A DNA stretch of 64,000 bases. It comes from Octopus sinensis (Eukaryota). The notes beneath the pieces were generated by a model. It did not search any database and had not been told where the DNA came from. It saw only the letters and a program-made list of their open reading frames with translations. The first letter of the stretch is position 1. Every line of letters begins with the position of its first letter. Positions 13,239-27,480 of this stretch are shown piece by piece. Both the position numbers and the translations under genes were made by a program. The stretch is from the NCBI RefSeq assembly GCF_006345805.1, contig NC_043003.1:40300001-40364000 (forward strand). The letters run 5' to 3'.

Positions 13239-13306
<68 letters not shown>

Positions 13307-13772
13307 TATATATATATATATATATGCATATATATATATATGTATATATGTAAGTATGCTTATATATAAATATATGTATGTGTATATATGTAAATGTGTG
13401 CTTATGTGTCATTGTATGTATGTATATATATATGTATATATAGACGCACATATATGAGTGTGAGTTTGTGTATGTATATGTATGTATACATATATTTATG
13501 TGTATATATATATATGTTCTGTGTGTGTGTATGTATATACTTATATATATATATATATGAATATACATGAATATATATATATATATATATATATGCATAT
13601 ATATATATATGTGTGTGCATATATATATGTATATATATATGGATTTACATACAATATATATATATATATATACATACATATATGTGCATACATATATGAA
13701 TATATATATGTGTATATGTGTATATCTGTGCATATATATATGTGTATATATATATATATATATGTTTGTGTA

Positions 13773-13803
<31 letters not shown>

Positions 13804-13895
13804 ATATATATATATATTAATATATATATATATATATAATATATATATATATATAGTGTATATATGCATATATGTATATGTATGTATGTATATAT
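11950..13895. repeat. Long TA/CA/TG-rich and (GTT)n low-complexity field
   Basis: Direct reading; all ORFs here are Y/I/H/T dipeptide repeats. Confidence 0.95.
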
Positions 13896-14894
13896 AGAAC
13901 CATCAAAACTGCCTGAAAGTGTCTAAAAAGTTTCGCAATGAGTAATTATTTTATAAAAAAAAGATAGAATCTTTTCTAGATTGCTCTACGTTTCTCTTTA
14001 GGACAAAAATTGGTCAATCGAATTTCTCAGACGGCCAATTTATAGTATTATGGAAATTACGTTTCAGACATGAAATTCCTGTTTATCTGCCTTCTGTTTC
14101 AGTTTGATGGTTGTCGTGTTGTGCGGCGGTAATGGTGATGGCGATGACGGATAGTGTTACAGTGGGAGTGTGCGTTGATAGTGGTTTCTGTGCTAGTGGA
14201 GATAGTATATATTTATGTTTGTGGTAGTAGTGTTGGTGCTTGCATGTTGATGGTGATGCAGTTATGGTAATAGTATGTTACTGATGATGGTCTCAATGAT
14301 GGTAGAGATAACACAATGATGATGGTGTGTAGTGTTAGTGTTGTTGTTTATTAAGATATTATAGAAGTGGGGTGGGTTGATTGGCATACATTAAAGAAAA
14401 CCATAAGATGCTCAACCACGTTTAGAACAATAGCAGGCACCACGTTTGGCCAACAGAAAAATAAACATGAAATAAGGGTGTATAATCATAAATGCATTAG
14501 AGCTATTATATATTGTCATCCCTGCCTTAACCCTCAATTCCTCTACAACAATCAGCAATAAAATAACAAAAACAAACCACACGTCTTTGTACAACTAACG
14601 ATGACTTGTGGAGCTTGTTTTGCATTCTTTGTAGTTTATTGTGGCTAAGTGTGACGAAGTTGGGGATAACTTAGGGATGACATAGTCTATGATACTTCTA
14701 ATAAACTTATTGCTAATATGCTCTGGCTAAAAATTTTCTTCAATTGGCCAAGTATAGTAACTGTGACTGCTCTTAACGTGTCCTTGTGGTTTCTTTACAA
14801 TATCCTTCGTATGTGTTGTAAAAGTTAAGGAAGTGTTTACAAATAACTCTTCTTTAAAATCTATACATCGTATATATATATATATATATACATA

Positions 14895-15458
14895 CAGTAA
14901 TACCCCATTTTACGAGGACCCGTTTTACGACACCGTGGGTTTACAAGTTTTACTTTTCAAGCACAAACTCCAAATTTTTAACGAAGTGCAAAAGTTTCTC
15001 CTCCCATAACAAATGCTTCTGTGTGTTACCGAGAAATTTATTGAGAGCGAAAAAATGCTTCTTCTATGCAACTAGCTCTAGACTTGTGTTTTAAAAGAGA
15101 AATATACAAGTCCGTCTACGAGTGCTTGTGAATCGGCGATCGCGTCTACAAGTGATGGTGTGCACGAGTCTAGTGTGAGTGAAAGTGATTCAGAAAACGA
15201 TTATAATAATAAGATATTTTTTAATAAATAATCTTGACATTTTTTTTTTTACCTTACATAAAATATTCTTTACATTCTACTGTTGTTTTATTGCCATTTA
15301 TTTACGAGTATTATAAATTTTATAGGTAAAATATTTTTCTGGGAACGTATTATAATTTATAACATTGCTACCATGGAAAATTATTGCTCTGCTTTAAGAG
15401 TTTACGTTTTACGCGCGGTCTCCGGGAACAAGTTAATTCACCTATCGTGGCATTTCTG
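14895..15458. mobile_element. Tigger/pogo-like non-autonomous DNA element (MITE)
   Basis: TA|cagtaatacccc...ttacg at left and cgtggcatttctg|TA at right: imperfect CAG...CTG termini with TA flanks. Confidence 0.55.
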
Positions 15459-15645
15459 TATATATGCTGTTGTTTATAATTATAATAGTTAAGGAAGTGG
15501 CCAAGTTGTGTGGTGGTGTTTGTAGTGTTGGTGTTTGTAGTGGTGGTGATGTGTTGTAGTCTTGGTGAGGTTTGTAGTATTGCCGATATTTGTAGTTGGT
15601 GGCGTTTGCAGAAGCGTGATGTTTGTGTTGGTGGTAGTATTTGTA

Positions 15646-15708
<63 letters not shown>

Positions 15709-16185
15709 GACTTTTGCAGTGGGCTGGTGTTTGTAAATGGTGGAGTTGCTTCCGGTGATAAATGTGGTGGTGGTCTTTTGTTGTATTTTTCTGAAGTGGG
15801 AGTTTTTAGTGGTTGTGATTGCTTAGGGAGCTGATAATTACAAGTGCGGTAATCATGGTGGTAGCTTTTTATACAATGATGTGATGGCGTTAGTTGGTCA
15901 CGTAGAGTACTAATAGTGCCGTGGTAAGAGTGGTCTTGATATAGATGCGGGTTTGTGATGTTGCTTGTATTGATAATATCGTGATGGTGTTGCTGATAGT
16001 GATAATGTCGTGCAAGGTGGTGTTCGTAATGAAAATGTCGAGATGGCGTCGTTGGTAGTGATAATATAGTGGTAGTGATGTTGATGGTTAATAGCTAGTG
16101 ATTAAAATCAAACTTTTTTTTTTACTTTCGTCTAAACTGACATATATACAGGTACGCATGTGCGTACACACGCAATAAAGGGATG

Positions 16186-16276
<91 letters not shown>

Positions 16277-16378
16277 GTCTATCTATCTATTCACACATAT
16301 ATAAAAATATTTTGCTTTCGGTGTTCTGCAAGCATAAGTACGTACGTATGTACATACATACATATACTACATATACAT

Positions 16379-16453
<75 letters not shown>

Positions 16454-17274
16454 TATATATACATATTGTTTGAATATATATATGTGTGTGCGCGTGCGTG
16501 CGTGTGTGCGCGCGTGTGTGTGTGTGTCTGTGTTTCTATCTCTGTCTGTGAAATAGTGTATCTGTACGTGAGTAACGTTTCGTTTTCATTCCCTTTTTCT
16601 AAGAATTAAACAACAAATCTGCTGACGTGAAAGAAAGGAAAAACAAACCGTGGAAAAAAGAAAATATAACAGAAAAAAAAATTAAGGAAAATAAATTACT
16701 ACGCCATTTCATTCTGTGTTACTTCCGGTTACAATTATGCACAGTCATTTCAAGAAGAAGAGGAGGTGGAGGGAAGCAATAAAGAAGAATCATTTCTTTA
16801 AAACGATCTATCATTAATAATTCTCCTGGGGGTTATCATCTCCACATTTTCTGTCTGTCTGTCATGAAATTTCAGCTGCTCTAACCGACGTTTTTATTTC
16901 TTCATGTTTGTTCAAAGAATTGGGCAAAAAAGAAAAAAAAACAAAACAAACCAAAAGTACAACAGCAAGCAATAAAGAATACAAAACTTAACTACGAGGC
17001 TGTAGACAAATTCTCAGTAAGCTGCATTTTAAATATTTGAAGTACACAACGACTTTAGGTTTCGAATCTCGAATTTGTTTATCACAAGAACGATAAGTCT
17101 ATGAGGATTATTGTTTGGAACAGTCGTTTGTTGGAGCCGTTGTAAAAGTTCAGTTATTGTATCGTTGGTGTACATTTGGCTGTGGTTTCCCCACATCCAA
17201 CAATGACATCGATGTTTCAGTAACATGTATATGTAGATATCTAGCTGTTACAGTCATTAATATATTTCATATAG

Positions 17275-17480
17275 TAAAGGCAGTGAGCTGGTAAAATCGT
17301 TAGCACGCCAGGCAAAATGTTTAGCGGCATTTCGTCTGTCTTTACGTGCTGAGGGTCGATTTTGCTTTTCATCCTTTTTCAGGGTCGATAAAATAAGTAC
17401 CAGGAGAGCACTGAAGTCAACGTAATCGACTTAAACCCCTCCCACGAAATTGCTGGTGTTGTGCCAAAAATTGAAACCAA
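17275..17480 (+). mobile_element. SINE family B
   Basis: aaggcagtgagctggtaaaatcgttagcacgcc...gggtcgataaaataagtacc...gtgccaaaaattgaaacc. Confidence 0.85.
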
Positions 17481-17859
17481 TATATTGCATATATTGGCGA
17501 AATATTTTAGTTTTTGTCTATCAATGGATACTCTCCATCTATTGATGCGGGTCGATTTTGGTGCAGTTCAGATATTAGTGTGGTTTAGATAACGCATGTA
17601 ACATAAATTTGAGTTGTCCCTTCTTCTTCCTTTACTATACTATACACCGTGTAATATGTACAGCGTTTCGTTGGTGCCTAAACAGATTTACAGGTTTAAT
17701 ATCGTTACGCAGCTGACCGCTATATTGACTGCTTGATTGATTGGGAGTCCTTAGTATCATATTGGCTGGGTATACATTTAAGTGCTACCGAATTAATTGA
17801 CGGGATCATTTAGACACCCACTACTTAATACACACACACAAACACACAAACACACACAT

Positions 17860-18190
17860 CGCTGTATCGATCAGACTATCAAATGTTCTTACAAATCGCT
17901 AATCACAAACTGCTTCCATTCTTCTCGTGATTGCGTCATTCTCTGTTATTTGAGCCCGACTGTTTTTGACTGTGATCTTCCAGTTGTTTTAGAGGCCTTG
18001 TGTGTGTTCTCCTTGTCAACTGCACAGGCTCGCCTGGTGTCCGTAAGCCTTGTGACATGTCCGGCACACCGCAACTTGCGCTTTCGAATATTCGATCAAT
18101 CGCTTTTTCCACTCTCGAATTACCACATTTTAGATATGCCCTGGCAATGATATTCCTCGCATGGATCTTTACACGGTCATCTATGTCATA
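17860..18190 (-). mobile_element. RTE-clade LINE 3' fragment, degenerate
   Basis: Minus-strand RKLRCAGHVTRLTDTRRA resembles the RWAGHVAR..D.RW motif; downstream MTQSREEWK resembles A.DR..W. Confidence 0.6.
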
Positions 18191-18273
18191 GCCAATCTTC
18201 CTCTCCCTGTTTCTGTCTGTGTAGCTCTCTATCTATATGTCTGTTTATCTGTTTATTTCTCTCCCACATCCAG

Positions 18274-18372
<99 letters not shown>

Positions 18373-18470
18373 CGTTTGATTTTTCGGCCCATCTCTTTTC
18401 AGTCATCTGTTTAGATTAGTCGCTTTAATTGGAGCCTGGGGATATACATAATGGTTGCATACACACACAT

Positions 18471-18556
<86 letters not shown>

Positions 18557-19298
18557 CTATATCTCCAGAACTTTATCGGCAGGAGGGACCTAAGCCCAGC
18601 TTTTAGGTTTGACAAGCCATAAGCTCGTTATAGGCTATGTTAATGTGATTCTGTTTTACATCGTTCTCTCAAACAGAAAACAGCAGGAAAAATCCAAAGC
18701 AATAAAACACCATTTTGCGTGTGCATTTAGATATAACGTAAGCTTGTTAAGGGACAAAAAAAAAAAAAAGATAATAAAAAATAAAAAAAAGATAATAGAA
18801 AAAGAAAAGAGGAAAACAATAAAGAAACAAACCGATATAGCAGATTAATAGATATCGGTTGGAGAAGAAACATCAGATTTCATGGGGATTATTACAAAAT
18901 GAAAAATTTTGGATTTAACTTTCTAAGAAATTCTTGTTATCGGTTTTAGAACTATGTTGTATTAGGCATTATGTTGGGTTTTAGTTACATACAAGCGACG
19001 AAATAAGATATAGGCAGTGTTTGTTGGTAAAAACCTTACAAAAAATTCTAACCAAATATCGGATTATTTGTTGGGGTTTGTTTGTTTGCTTGCTTGGCTT
19101 AATTTTTGAAGGACTGGCGGCAGTGCACATAATCATCATAGATCTTCCGTGTTTGGTTGAAATCGATAACCGTAAGTGTTTTGTTTCGACATCTGTAGTT
19201 TGGCAATCTACAGTTTGGGAAGAGGAAGTGGGTAAAAAAGTTCGTGGGCGGGAATAGGAATTTTACTGGGTAAAACGTTCAAGGAGGAAAGAATTGAA

Positions 19299-19717
19299 TA
19301 CCCTTTTACCCTTTTACTTGTTTCAGTCATGTGACTGCGGCCATGCTGGAGCACCGCCTTTAGTCGAGCAAATCGACCCCCAGGACTTATTCTTTGTAAG
19401 CCCAGTACTTATTCTATCGGTCCCTTTTACCGAACCGCTAAGTGACGGGGACGTAAACACACCAGCATCGGTTGTCAAGAGAGGTTGCTAGGGGGACAGA
19501 CACAGACACACAAACACATACACACACATACATATATATATATACATATATACGACAGGCTTCTTTTCAGTTTCCGTCTACCAAATCCACTCACAAGGCA
19601 TTGGTCGGCCCGGGGCTATAGCAGAAGACACTTGCCCAAGATGCCACGCAGTGGGAATGAACCCGGAACCATGTGGTTGGTTAGCAAGCTACTTACCACA
19701 CAGCCACTCCTGCGCCT
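19299..19717 (-). mobile_element. SINE family A, full length
   Basis: Complete reverse-complement copy from the cttttacttgtttcagtc tail to the gccactcctgcgcct head. Confidence 0.95.
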
Positions 19718-19898
19718 ATGTCAGTTATTTGTGTGAGACTGTGTGAGATGTGGTACAACGAGATGAGGGGTGTATGTTAGATTGGAATGGGTAGAGAAGG
19801 TATGAAGCTAAGTAGCTCAGATGAGCACAGTCGATCTTCCTTCCTTGAACCTTCAAATCATATAGAGTGGTAGGAGCACAGTCGTGTCATCATTTTTC

Positions 19899-20272
19899 TT
19901 TATTCTTTTACTTGTTTCAGTTCTTGGAGTACCCACGTTGGGGTGCTTTCTTGCAAGGTTTAATCGATCAAATCGACCCCAGTGCTTTTTTTTTAAAGTC
20001 AGGTACATATTTTGTCCGGCTCTTTTACGGATGATGTAAGCAAACTAACAACACTTGTCAAGTGGTGTAGGTAGGAAGATAAACACAAAGACTCGTACAT
20101 ACATACATAAGACGGCTTTCCACGCAGTTTCTGTCTACCATATTCACTCACAAGGCATTGATCGGCCCGGGTTCATAATAGAAGACGCTTACCTAAAATG
20201 CGGTGTAGTGGGACTGAACTCGAAACTACGCTATTGCAAAGCGAATTCCTTAACCACATAGCCATGTCTGTA
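19899..20272 (-). mobile_element. SINE family A, diverged
   Basis: Colinear with 19299-19717. Confidence 0.8.
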
Positions 20273-21030
20273 CCCATATAGATAATTTAAACCTAGAGAG
20301 AACCAGTTTCTTTCCGAGAAAAATAGGGAGACAGAAAGTGTGTGTGTATGAAAGAGAGTAAGAAAGGGTGCGTTTTGAGTTCATTTTCAACCTTGGGACT
20401 CATTGAGACAGGAAAGAGTTCCTTCAGAACCTAGCTAAGAGTGATTGGCCTTCATTGTTAGGTAGTGCAAGGAGTAGATTGGACCAACATCTCAAGTAGG
20501 TCAGTAAAATGAACAGGCTCTTGTAAAAATAGGTGAAATGCTAGGATAGAACAAATAATGTATGAGACGTAATCAAAGATTTGTGAGGCCAAACATTGCT
20601 GAACGCTTTGAGGGTTTTAATTACGCACTGGTTTAGAAACCACCTCACTGTAATTTATTTTCCATTTACGGACTTTCATAGATTAACTTTTGTCGATGCA
20701 GGCCACGAGGCAGCTATTTGAGTTGCTACTGTGTTTTATAGGATGTCCTCTTCTGACCTTCTGCGCTCTGAGTTCATATCTCACCGAGGTCGACTTTGCC
20801 TTTCATTCTTTCGGGGTCAATAGAAATGTGCCAATATAAGGAAGTGGATTGACGGTTCTTTCAGAAGGTTAGGCAAGATGTCTTGTGGTATTTGTTCCGT
20901 CTCCCTGCGTTCTGACACTGACGACGCCTACAACACTGGTACCATACTGCATCGATTTAAGTCGGTGGCCTTACCTGCACATAAACATCGGGGTCATGGA
21001 AAGAAGAGAGAACTGACCTCCTCCTCACCG

Positions 21031-21173
21031 TTCTTCTTCTTCTTCTTCTTCTTCTTCTTCTTCTTCTTCTTCTTCTCTTCTTCTTCTTCTTCTTCTTCTT
21101 CTTCTTCTTCTTCTTCTTTCTTCTTCTTCTTCTCTTCTTCTTCTTCTTCTTCTTCTTCTTCTTCTTCTTCTTC
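21031..21173. repeat. (TTC)n microsatellite
   Basis: Direct reading. Confidence 0.97.
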
Positions 21174-21964
21174 TAAAATATATATCGTACGGTTATTCAT
21201 ACATGTGCAGATGCATGGTCAACTTCCACCGACGGAAGCCCTAAAATGCAGTTTATTTGAAATCTTGATTTTTACCTTATAATAAAAGCAGGTGACATCC
21301 AATATTGTTTTCTTACTATATTTTTTCTTTACATTTATTTGCTTTGTCATTTTCCTCTTTATTTTCTTTATTTTTCTTTCAGAGCCGTAAGCTAGTTCTT
21401 ACGGTTTTTATATTGTTTAACCGGAAAAAAAAGGGGGGAAAAAGCTCTCATTTCCATATCCTGTCGAAATTGACTTAGATTTTCATCCCTTCGAGGTCGA
21501 TAAAATAAATACCTAGGATTGATTTAATGGACTGAGGAGCTCTTTATGAAATTTTGTGTTAAGGTGAGAAAGTTAGAAATCATTATGGCAAACAGATGAA
21601 CTGAACTATAAAAACGAAACAACTGTAGCAATAACAACAACATCAACATAACCTGAGAGGAAATAAGAAAATTTCTGCTTTGGATATAAGACATAAAAAA
21701 TACAATAAATATTACTAAACGAATTACAGAAACAATAATTTCGAATTAAAAGAAGGAAAAACAATATAGGTTATTGAAAAGATACCTTATGAATTGACAT
21801 TCAGAAGCACATTTAGTTTAATATAATACAATAAAATGTATCGTACGATATAATGCAATATCAACTGTTATAATATGATAAAAGAAATATATGTATAAAT
21901 ATGTATACGTACATAATACAATATTAACTATAGTGTAATATATAGTACAATCTATATACAATAT

Positions 21965-22180
21965 GATATTGACTTCAAATTTTGGCACAAGGACAGCAAT
22001 TTTGGGAAGAGAGTAAGTCGATTATGTCGACTCGACTGGTACTTATTTTATCGACCCCTAAACGATGAAAGGCAAAGTCGACCTCGACGGAATTTGAACC
22101 ACGACGGAATTTGAACCACGACGGAATTTGAAATGCCGGTAAGCATTGTCGGTCAGTGTACTAACGATTCTGTCAATATA
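21965..22180 (-). mobile_element. SINE family B with internal 19-bp triplication
   Basis: ttcaaattttggcacaagg...ggcaaagtcgacctcg followed by (acggaatttgaaccacg-type unit) x3. Confidence 0.8.
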
Positions 22181-22316
22181 ATACAAGCTAGATATATTAC
22201 ATTAGTAACTATAGTATTAATAAAATATAATACAGTCTACATGATGTAACTATAGTATAACAGATTACAATCTCTATGTAAAACAATAAATACAATATCA
22301 ACTATGATATAACTAA

Positions 22317-22870
22317 TATACTTTCTAAACTTTTTTGTACTTTCTGCTTTTTTTCTGTGTTCCTTTCCGTGGAAGAGCGTAGGCTCGAAACGTTAAAGGC
22401 TTTTTTCACTTTCCGAGCGCTATACTAATACATCTGTTTGTTGTCTACACCACCTGTCTTCGTCTTTTGTTTTTTTTTGTGAATTCTTCCCATATATTAC
22501 ACGCTCACGTGGTCGTACCAGTTAATCTTGTCTCCTCTCATCACCCACGAACTTCTACGGATTCTCTACTGGACTTTCTACACTTCAGCTGCACCTCTCC
22601 TGCCTATGGATTATACTGGACTCCTCTGTTGATATAAAATCGCCGCTCCAATGGACCACGACGTCTGAAGCTTTTGAACCTTTTGAACTTCGTAACTTTT
22701 TATACTTTCTAAACTTCTTTTTGTATTTTCTGCTTTTTTTTCTGTGTTCCTTTCTGTGGCTCGAAATGTTAAAGACTTTTTCACTTCCCGAGCGTTATAC
22801 TAATACATATGTTTGTTATCTACACCACCTGTCTCCGTCTTATATTTTTTTTGTGAATTCTTCCCCTATA
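22317..22870 (+). mobile_element. Penelope-like element 3' end / pseudo-LTR, partial tandem
   Basis: ctttctaaac...gaagagcgtaggctcgaaacgtt...acaccacctgtcttcgtc...gaattcttccc occurs twice (22317-22495 and 22701-22870); a reverse copy sits at 29063-29283. Class assigned from the gctcgaaacgt end motif. Confidence 0.65.
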
Positions 22871-23070
22871 ACTAATATATGATATCAGCAATGGTATAAT
22901 ACAATTCAACTATGATTTTCTGTCATGTAACGTTACTAATGATAATTATTTTGTATATCAGTAAGATAATAAAAGAGCAATATAAAGCTTCACTAGTAAC
23001 GATATGTACATTTTAATATCGACAAGCACAAGCACAATATCAGCTATAGCATGATATGATTTCAATAATG

Positions 23071-23441
23071 AACATGAGCACCCAAAGAGTGCAAACCTCC
23101 GCCAAGGCAACACCAATGTCCTCTCAACGATTAGCTAGAGATGATTTTTAAAATGAAAATATCTGAAATAAACCCGACTGCTCTCACAAACGAAAATACT
23201 AAAAATGAACCCGACCGCTCTCAAAGATTAAGTAAAAGAAACCCCAAAATAATTCAAAATCCTTGTCCGGTACCAGATCGATCCCAAAATCTAGTCAGTT
23301 CGTATCAGGTACAAAGGCAAACATCCCTGGAAGTTTCATCCGAATCCATCCAGTGGTTCTTGAGATATCTTGTGCACGGACAAACGAACGAACAAATACG
23401 ACTGAAAATAGTACCTATGCCTTCGCTAAGGTGGAGGTAAT
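23071..23441 (+). mobile_element. Helentron-associated non-autonomous element (HINE/DINE-1-like)
   Basis: Subterminal inverted repeat acctccgccaagg ... ctaaggtggaggt, (GAAC/GGAC) micro-repeat and short hairpin near the 3' end, core aagtttcatccgaatccatccagtggttcttgagatat. Confidence 0.65.
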
Positions 23442-23544
23442 TATGATATTGTCCAATTTTAACTACGAAATAATACAATATCAATTATAATATAGCAATT
23501 GTAATGTAATATTGTATAACATCAGCTGTAATATAATACAATAT

Positions 23545-24560
23545 TAGTTTCAAATTTTGGCATAAGGCCAGCAATTTTTAGGGAGGTCGTCCTAACGATT
23601 CTCAGCTTGCCGTCTTGGGATTATATATAATAATAATATTGATTTCACATTTTTGGCACACAGTCAGCAATTTTGGCGGAGGGAATAAGTCGATTATATC
23701 GACCCCCAGTATTCAACTGGTACTTATTTTATCGACCCCGGAAAGATGAGAGGCAAAGTTGTCCTCGCAACATTGGATTATGTGTAACATTAACTGTGAT
23801 ATAACCCTTTCTGCTATAAGCCAGATGGCTTTAAATCTTATGGGGAGGGTATTAGTCAATTATACCCGAGTTTTCCAATAGACTTCAGACTTCACAATGC
23901 TGCTTAAGTATTATAGGAGGAGGGAGGAAATTCTCATAGCCATAGTACTAGTCGATTGATTCATATGCTTTTAACCACCGTTTCATTCCAAAAACCTTCA
24001 TGCTGCATATGTGCAGCCAGGTGCGAGCGGTACTCATAATTTTTGTTCGAAGTGAACTTCCCTTAGATTCGTCTTTATTCTTGCCCTTGAGTTGTTATAC
24101 AGTGAAATGTCCAGAGATGCAAAATGGCGGCGAGATGGCAGAATAGTTAGCACGCTGGACAAAATGCTTAGCGGCATTTCATCCATCTTCACGTTCTGAG
24201 TTCAAATTCCGCCGAGGTCGACATTGCTTTTCATCCTTCTGTGGTCGATAAAATAAATACCAGTTGAACACTGGAGTCAATGTAAACAACTTGCCTGCTT
24301 TCTCGAAATTGCTGGCCTTGTGCCAAAATTTGAAACAAATATGATGAAGTGTAATATCAGCTATAATTGTTTTCACTAGAGGTACAATACCAAGCAGTTT
24401 TGAGGGGAAAGAGTTAGTCGATATCATCGATTTCTGTACTTAACTGGAACTTTGTATTATCGATCTTGGAAGGATGAAAGGCAAAGGTGACCTCGGTGGG
24501 ATTTGAACTCAGAACAAATACCGCTAATAATTTCTTTCCCAACGAGTTTGCCAACCTACT
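23545..24560. mobile_element. Three SINE family B copies (23545-23765 -, 24125-24340 +, 24370-24560 -)
   Basis: Each carries the gtcgacc/ggatgaaaggcaaag core. Confidence 0.8.
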
Positions 24561-25538
24561 ACCCTCCAACTATAATATAATGCAGTACAATATCATTATA
24601 ATATCGTTCAACATCAACTACAATATAATAATATATATAATGAAATATAATATAATAACAGCTACACACTAGTACAGTATGAAGTATAGTACAATACAAC
24701 ATCAATTATAAAACTGTACAATATCAGCTATATTCTTGTACAATATCAACCATAAAATAAAATACAATGTCGATTATGATATAATACAAACAACATAACG
24801 ATAAAACGACTTACACAGTCACTGACACAAAAATTTCAGTAATTTTAAGAAAAGAATGAATATAGAAATAAATGTAAGTAAAAAATAAACAAGGAACCAG
24901 ACAAACAAAATCTATACAAAACAAGCTTTGTCTATTTTTACAAGTATTTTTAATTTACAAAAAAAAAAAATCCGTCTGACAACTGACATAAAGAGCAAAG
25001 AAGTAATAAATGTTGTTGAAACTCGAGAAACAAAGATTTTCAATGAAGATTTGCGAAAAGACGAAATATATTAACATGTAAGCTCCAACAATACTGTAAC
25101 AAAGAAATGAAAAGGAAAATAAAATAGGAAAAGAGCGAAAAATGAAATAAGCCTTTCCGCCCACCTAACATTTCCAGAGAGCAATATCAGGAAAATATAT
25201 TAACACATATTTACTATGAAATGGTGACTGGAAAATACAAGCTGAGTGATAAACCTGAAACCTTGTTGCAAATATTGTGTGACATACGAATGCGTAACTA
25301 AACGTTATATAATTATAAAAGACGACAAACACGTACACACGAACACAACACACATATATATATACAAATGCACAACAATAATAATAACAACAACAACAGT
25401 GACTGACATAAATACACAATGAGCTGTTGCTTAAAACAGAGGAAATGACTTGAAACGGCATCTCAATCATAATGTCTCCTCTCAAGCTGCTATGCGACCA
25501 TGGCCATTTAAAAGCATTCTAAACAAACACTTCTAAAT

Positions 25539-26050
25539 ATCTTTTACTTGTTTCAGTCATTAGACTGCAGCCATGCTGTGGAATCACCTTCAAGAATTCT
25601 TTGTTGAACGAATCGACACCAGTAGTTATTTTTCATTCAGCCTGCTACCTATTCTATCGGTGTCTTTTGACGAACCACTAAGTTACGGGGACGTAAACAC
25701 TAACACCGGTTGTTACAAACACGCGCACACGCACACGCATACGCACACGCGCACGCGCACGCGCACACGCACACGCGCACGCACACGCACACGCGCACGC
25801 ACACGCACACGCGCACGCACACGCACACGCACATGCGCACGCACACGCGCACGCACACGCACACACACGCACACACACACATACACACGATAGGCTTCTG
25901 TCAGCTCCCGTCTACCAAATCCATCCACAAAGCTTTGATCTGTCCGAGTCTTTTGCAGAAAACACATGTCCAAGGTGTCACGCAGTGGGACTGAACCCAG
26001 AAGCTTGTGATTGGGAAGCCATTTTCTTACTACACAGCCACCCTTGCACC
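25539..26050 (-). mobile_element. SINE family A with expanded internal (CACG/CGCA)n repeat
   Basis: Both flanks colinear with family A; middle 25720-25885 is a CA/CG repeat. Confidence 0.85.
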
Positions 26051-26630
26051 TGAATAGTAGTGTACGTGAAAATTTGTTGTTTTGATGACTGGTCGTTTTA
26101 AAATAGTAAAGGCCAAGCATGGCCATGTGGTTTAGCGGTTCGCTTCTTAATCCTGTTGTCCGACGCGGCAAATTAGGCAAGTGTCTTCTGGAATGACTTT
26201 CGAGCGATCAAATTCTTGTGAATGAAACTGACTTTGCAGAAATTGTGCGGAGCTTGTCGGATGGATTGTATTTGTTCTTGAGAGGTAGACTTAGTTCTTT
26301 GATCGGTTTAATAGTACCAACAAGGTTTTGGATTGCCTTAAAGGAGTGCATTCTTTTGCAAGTATACAGGAACAGATTACCCGTTTGAGGATAGCTGTCT
26401 CCAAACTGGAAGACCATATGTAGGGTCATGAGCGTTACTCTTTCCCGTCTTGACTGAGACATAAAAAAGGTCCGAAGAGTCAGTCACAATTGATGACAGG
26501 CATTTAATACGAATTCGGGTTCCGGAGTGAACTCTACTTTAGATACCGAAGAGGCTGGTAGGAATGTTAAACTGGATGATAAGTTAAGTTATTACTATAC
26601 ATATATTTGTGTGTCCAGAAACGTACTCAT

Positions 26631-26953
26631 TTTTAAATTTATTTATGCGCCCTTTTCAAGCCTAGCCAGGCTCATGGGCCTGGTTTTCCCGGTTTCTATG
26701 GCGTATGTGTTCCCTCCAGCTGGACGAGACGCCAGTCCATCGCAGGGTTACTCAAGAAACAGGAAAAAAGAGTAAGAGAAAGTTGGGGTGAAAGAGTATA
26801 ACAGAGGTTGCCACCACATCCTGCCGGAGCCACGTGGAGCTTTTTGAGGTGTTTTCGCTCAATAGACACACACGACGCCCGGTCTGGGAATCGAAACCGC
26901 GATCATCCGACTGCGAGTCCGCTGCCCTAACCACTGGACCATTGCGCCTCCAC
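26631..26953 (-). mobile_element. tRNA(Arg)-like SINE (family C head, alternative tail) with 12-bp TSD
   Basis: Head gtggaggcgcaatggtccagtggttagggcagcggactcgc; flanked by aaacgtactcat at 26619-26630 and 26954-26965. Confidence 0.9.
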
Positions 26954-27214
26954 AAACGTACTCATAGCTTACACACAAACTCATACATATATTTGAAAGG
27001 CTAGTTATGAATTAGAAGCTACTCTTACATAAAAGAACTTGAGATGGAGTGAGTAATCGAAAACAGTATGTATTGTATTAGAGTAAAGTAATTCGTTATA
27101 AACGGCCATATGTTTCGCTCTAAGCAAGCTCAGTCGACATACATACATACATAAATACATTAATACATACATACATACATACATACATACATACATACAT
27201 ACATACATACATAA

Positions 27215-27480
27215 GAGACCCTAAGTATTTTAGGTTCCTTGCCCGCTCTGCTATGGAAAGCTTGCATCGTCTGCTCCTGTTTATATAGGACCCCGGCTGT
27301 TCCAGGACCCACCATTTAATTGCGTAGACTCGCTTGACCCAGAGCCCTTTATAATTTCTATAGAAGAGGTCTTCAGTTCTTGTCCGCAATTTGAACGATA
27401 CCTACGGTAAGCGTGGGATCCCCCGTTCGTTGGTTAGGGCCGTAAAAAAATTGCCAACTGGAACTGATCTAAGCACGATA
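27215..27480 (-). mobile_element. Possible Penelope GIY-YIG endonuclease C-terminal remnant
   Basis: YAIKWWVLEQPGSYINRSRRCKLSIAER resembles Y.IKW.IL.....Y...S.RC.LC..EK. Confidence 0.5.

Noticed and set aside
18670-18745. Plus-strand exon candidate (EKSKAIKHHFACAFRYN|gtaagc)
   Set aside because: Plausible splice signals, but the peptide is unrecognisable and no other plus-strand exon supports it.
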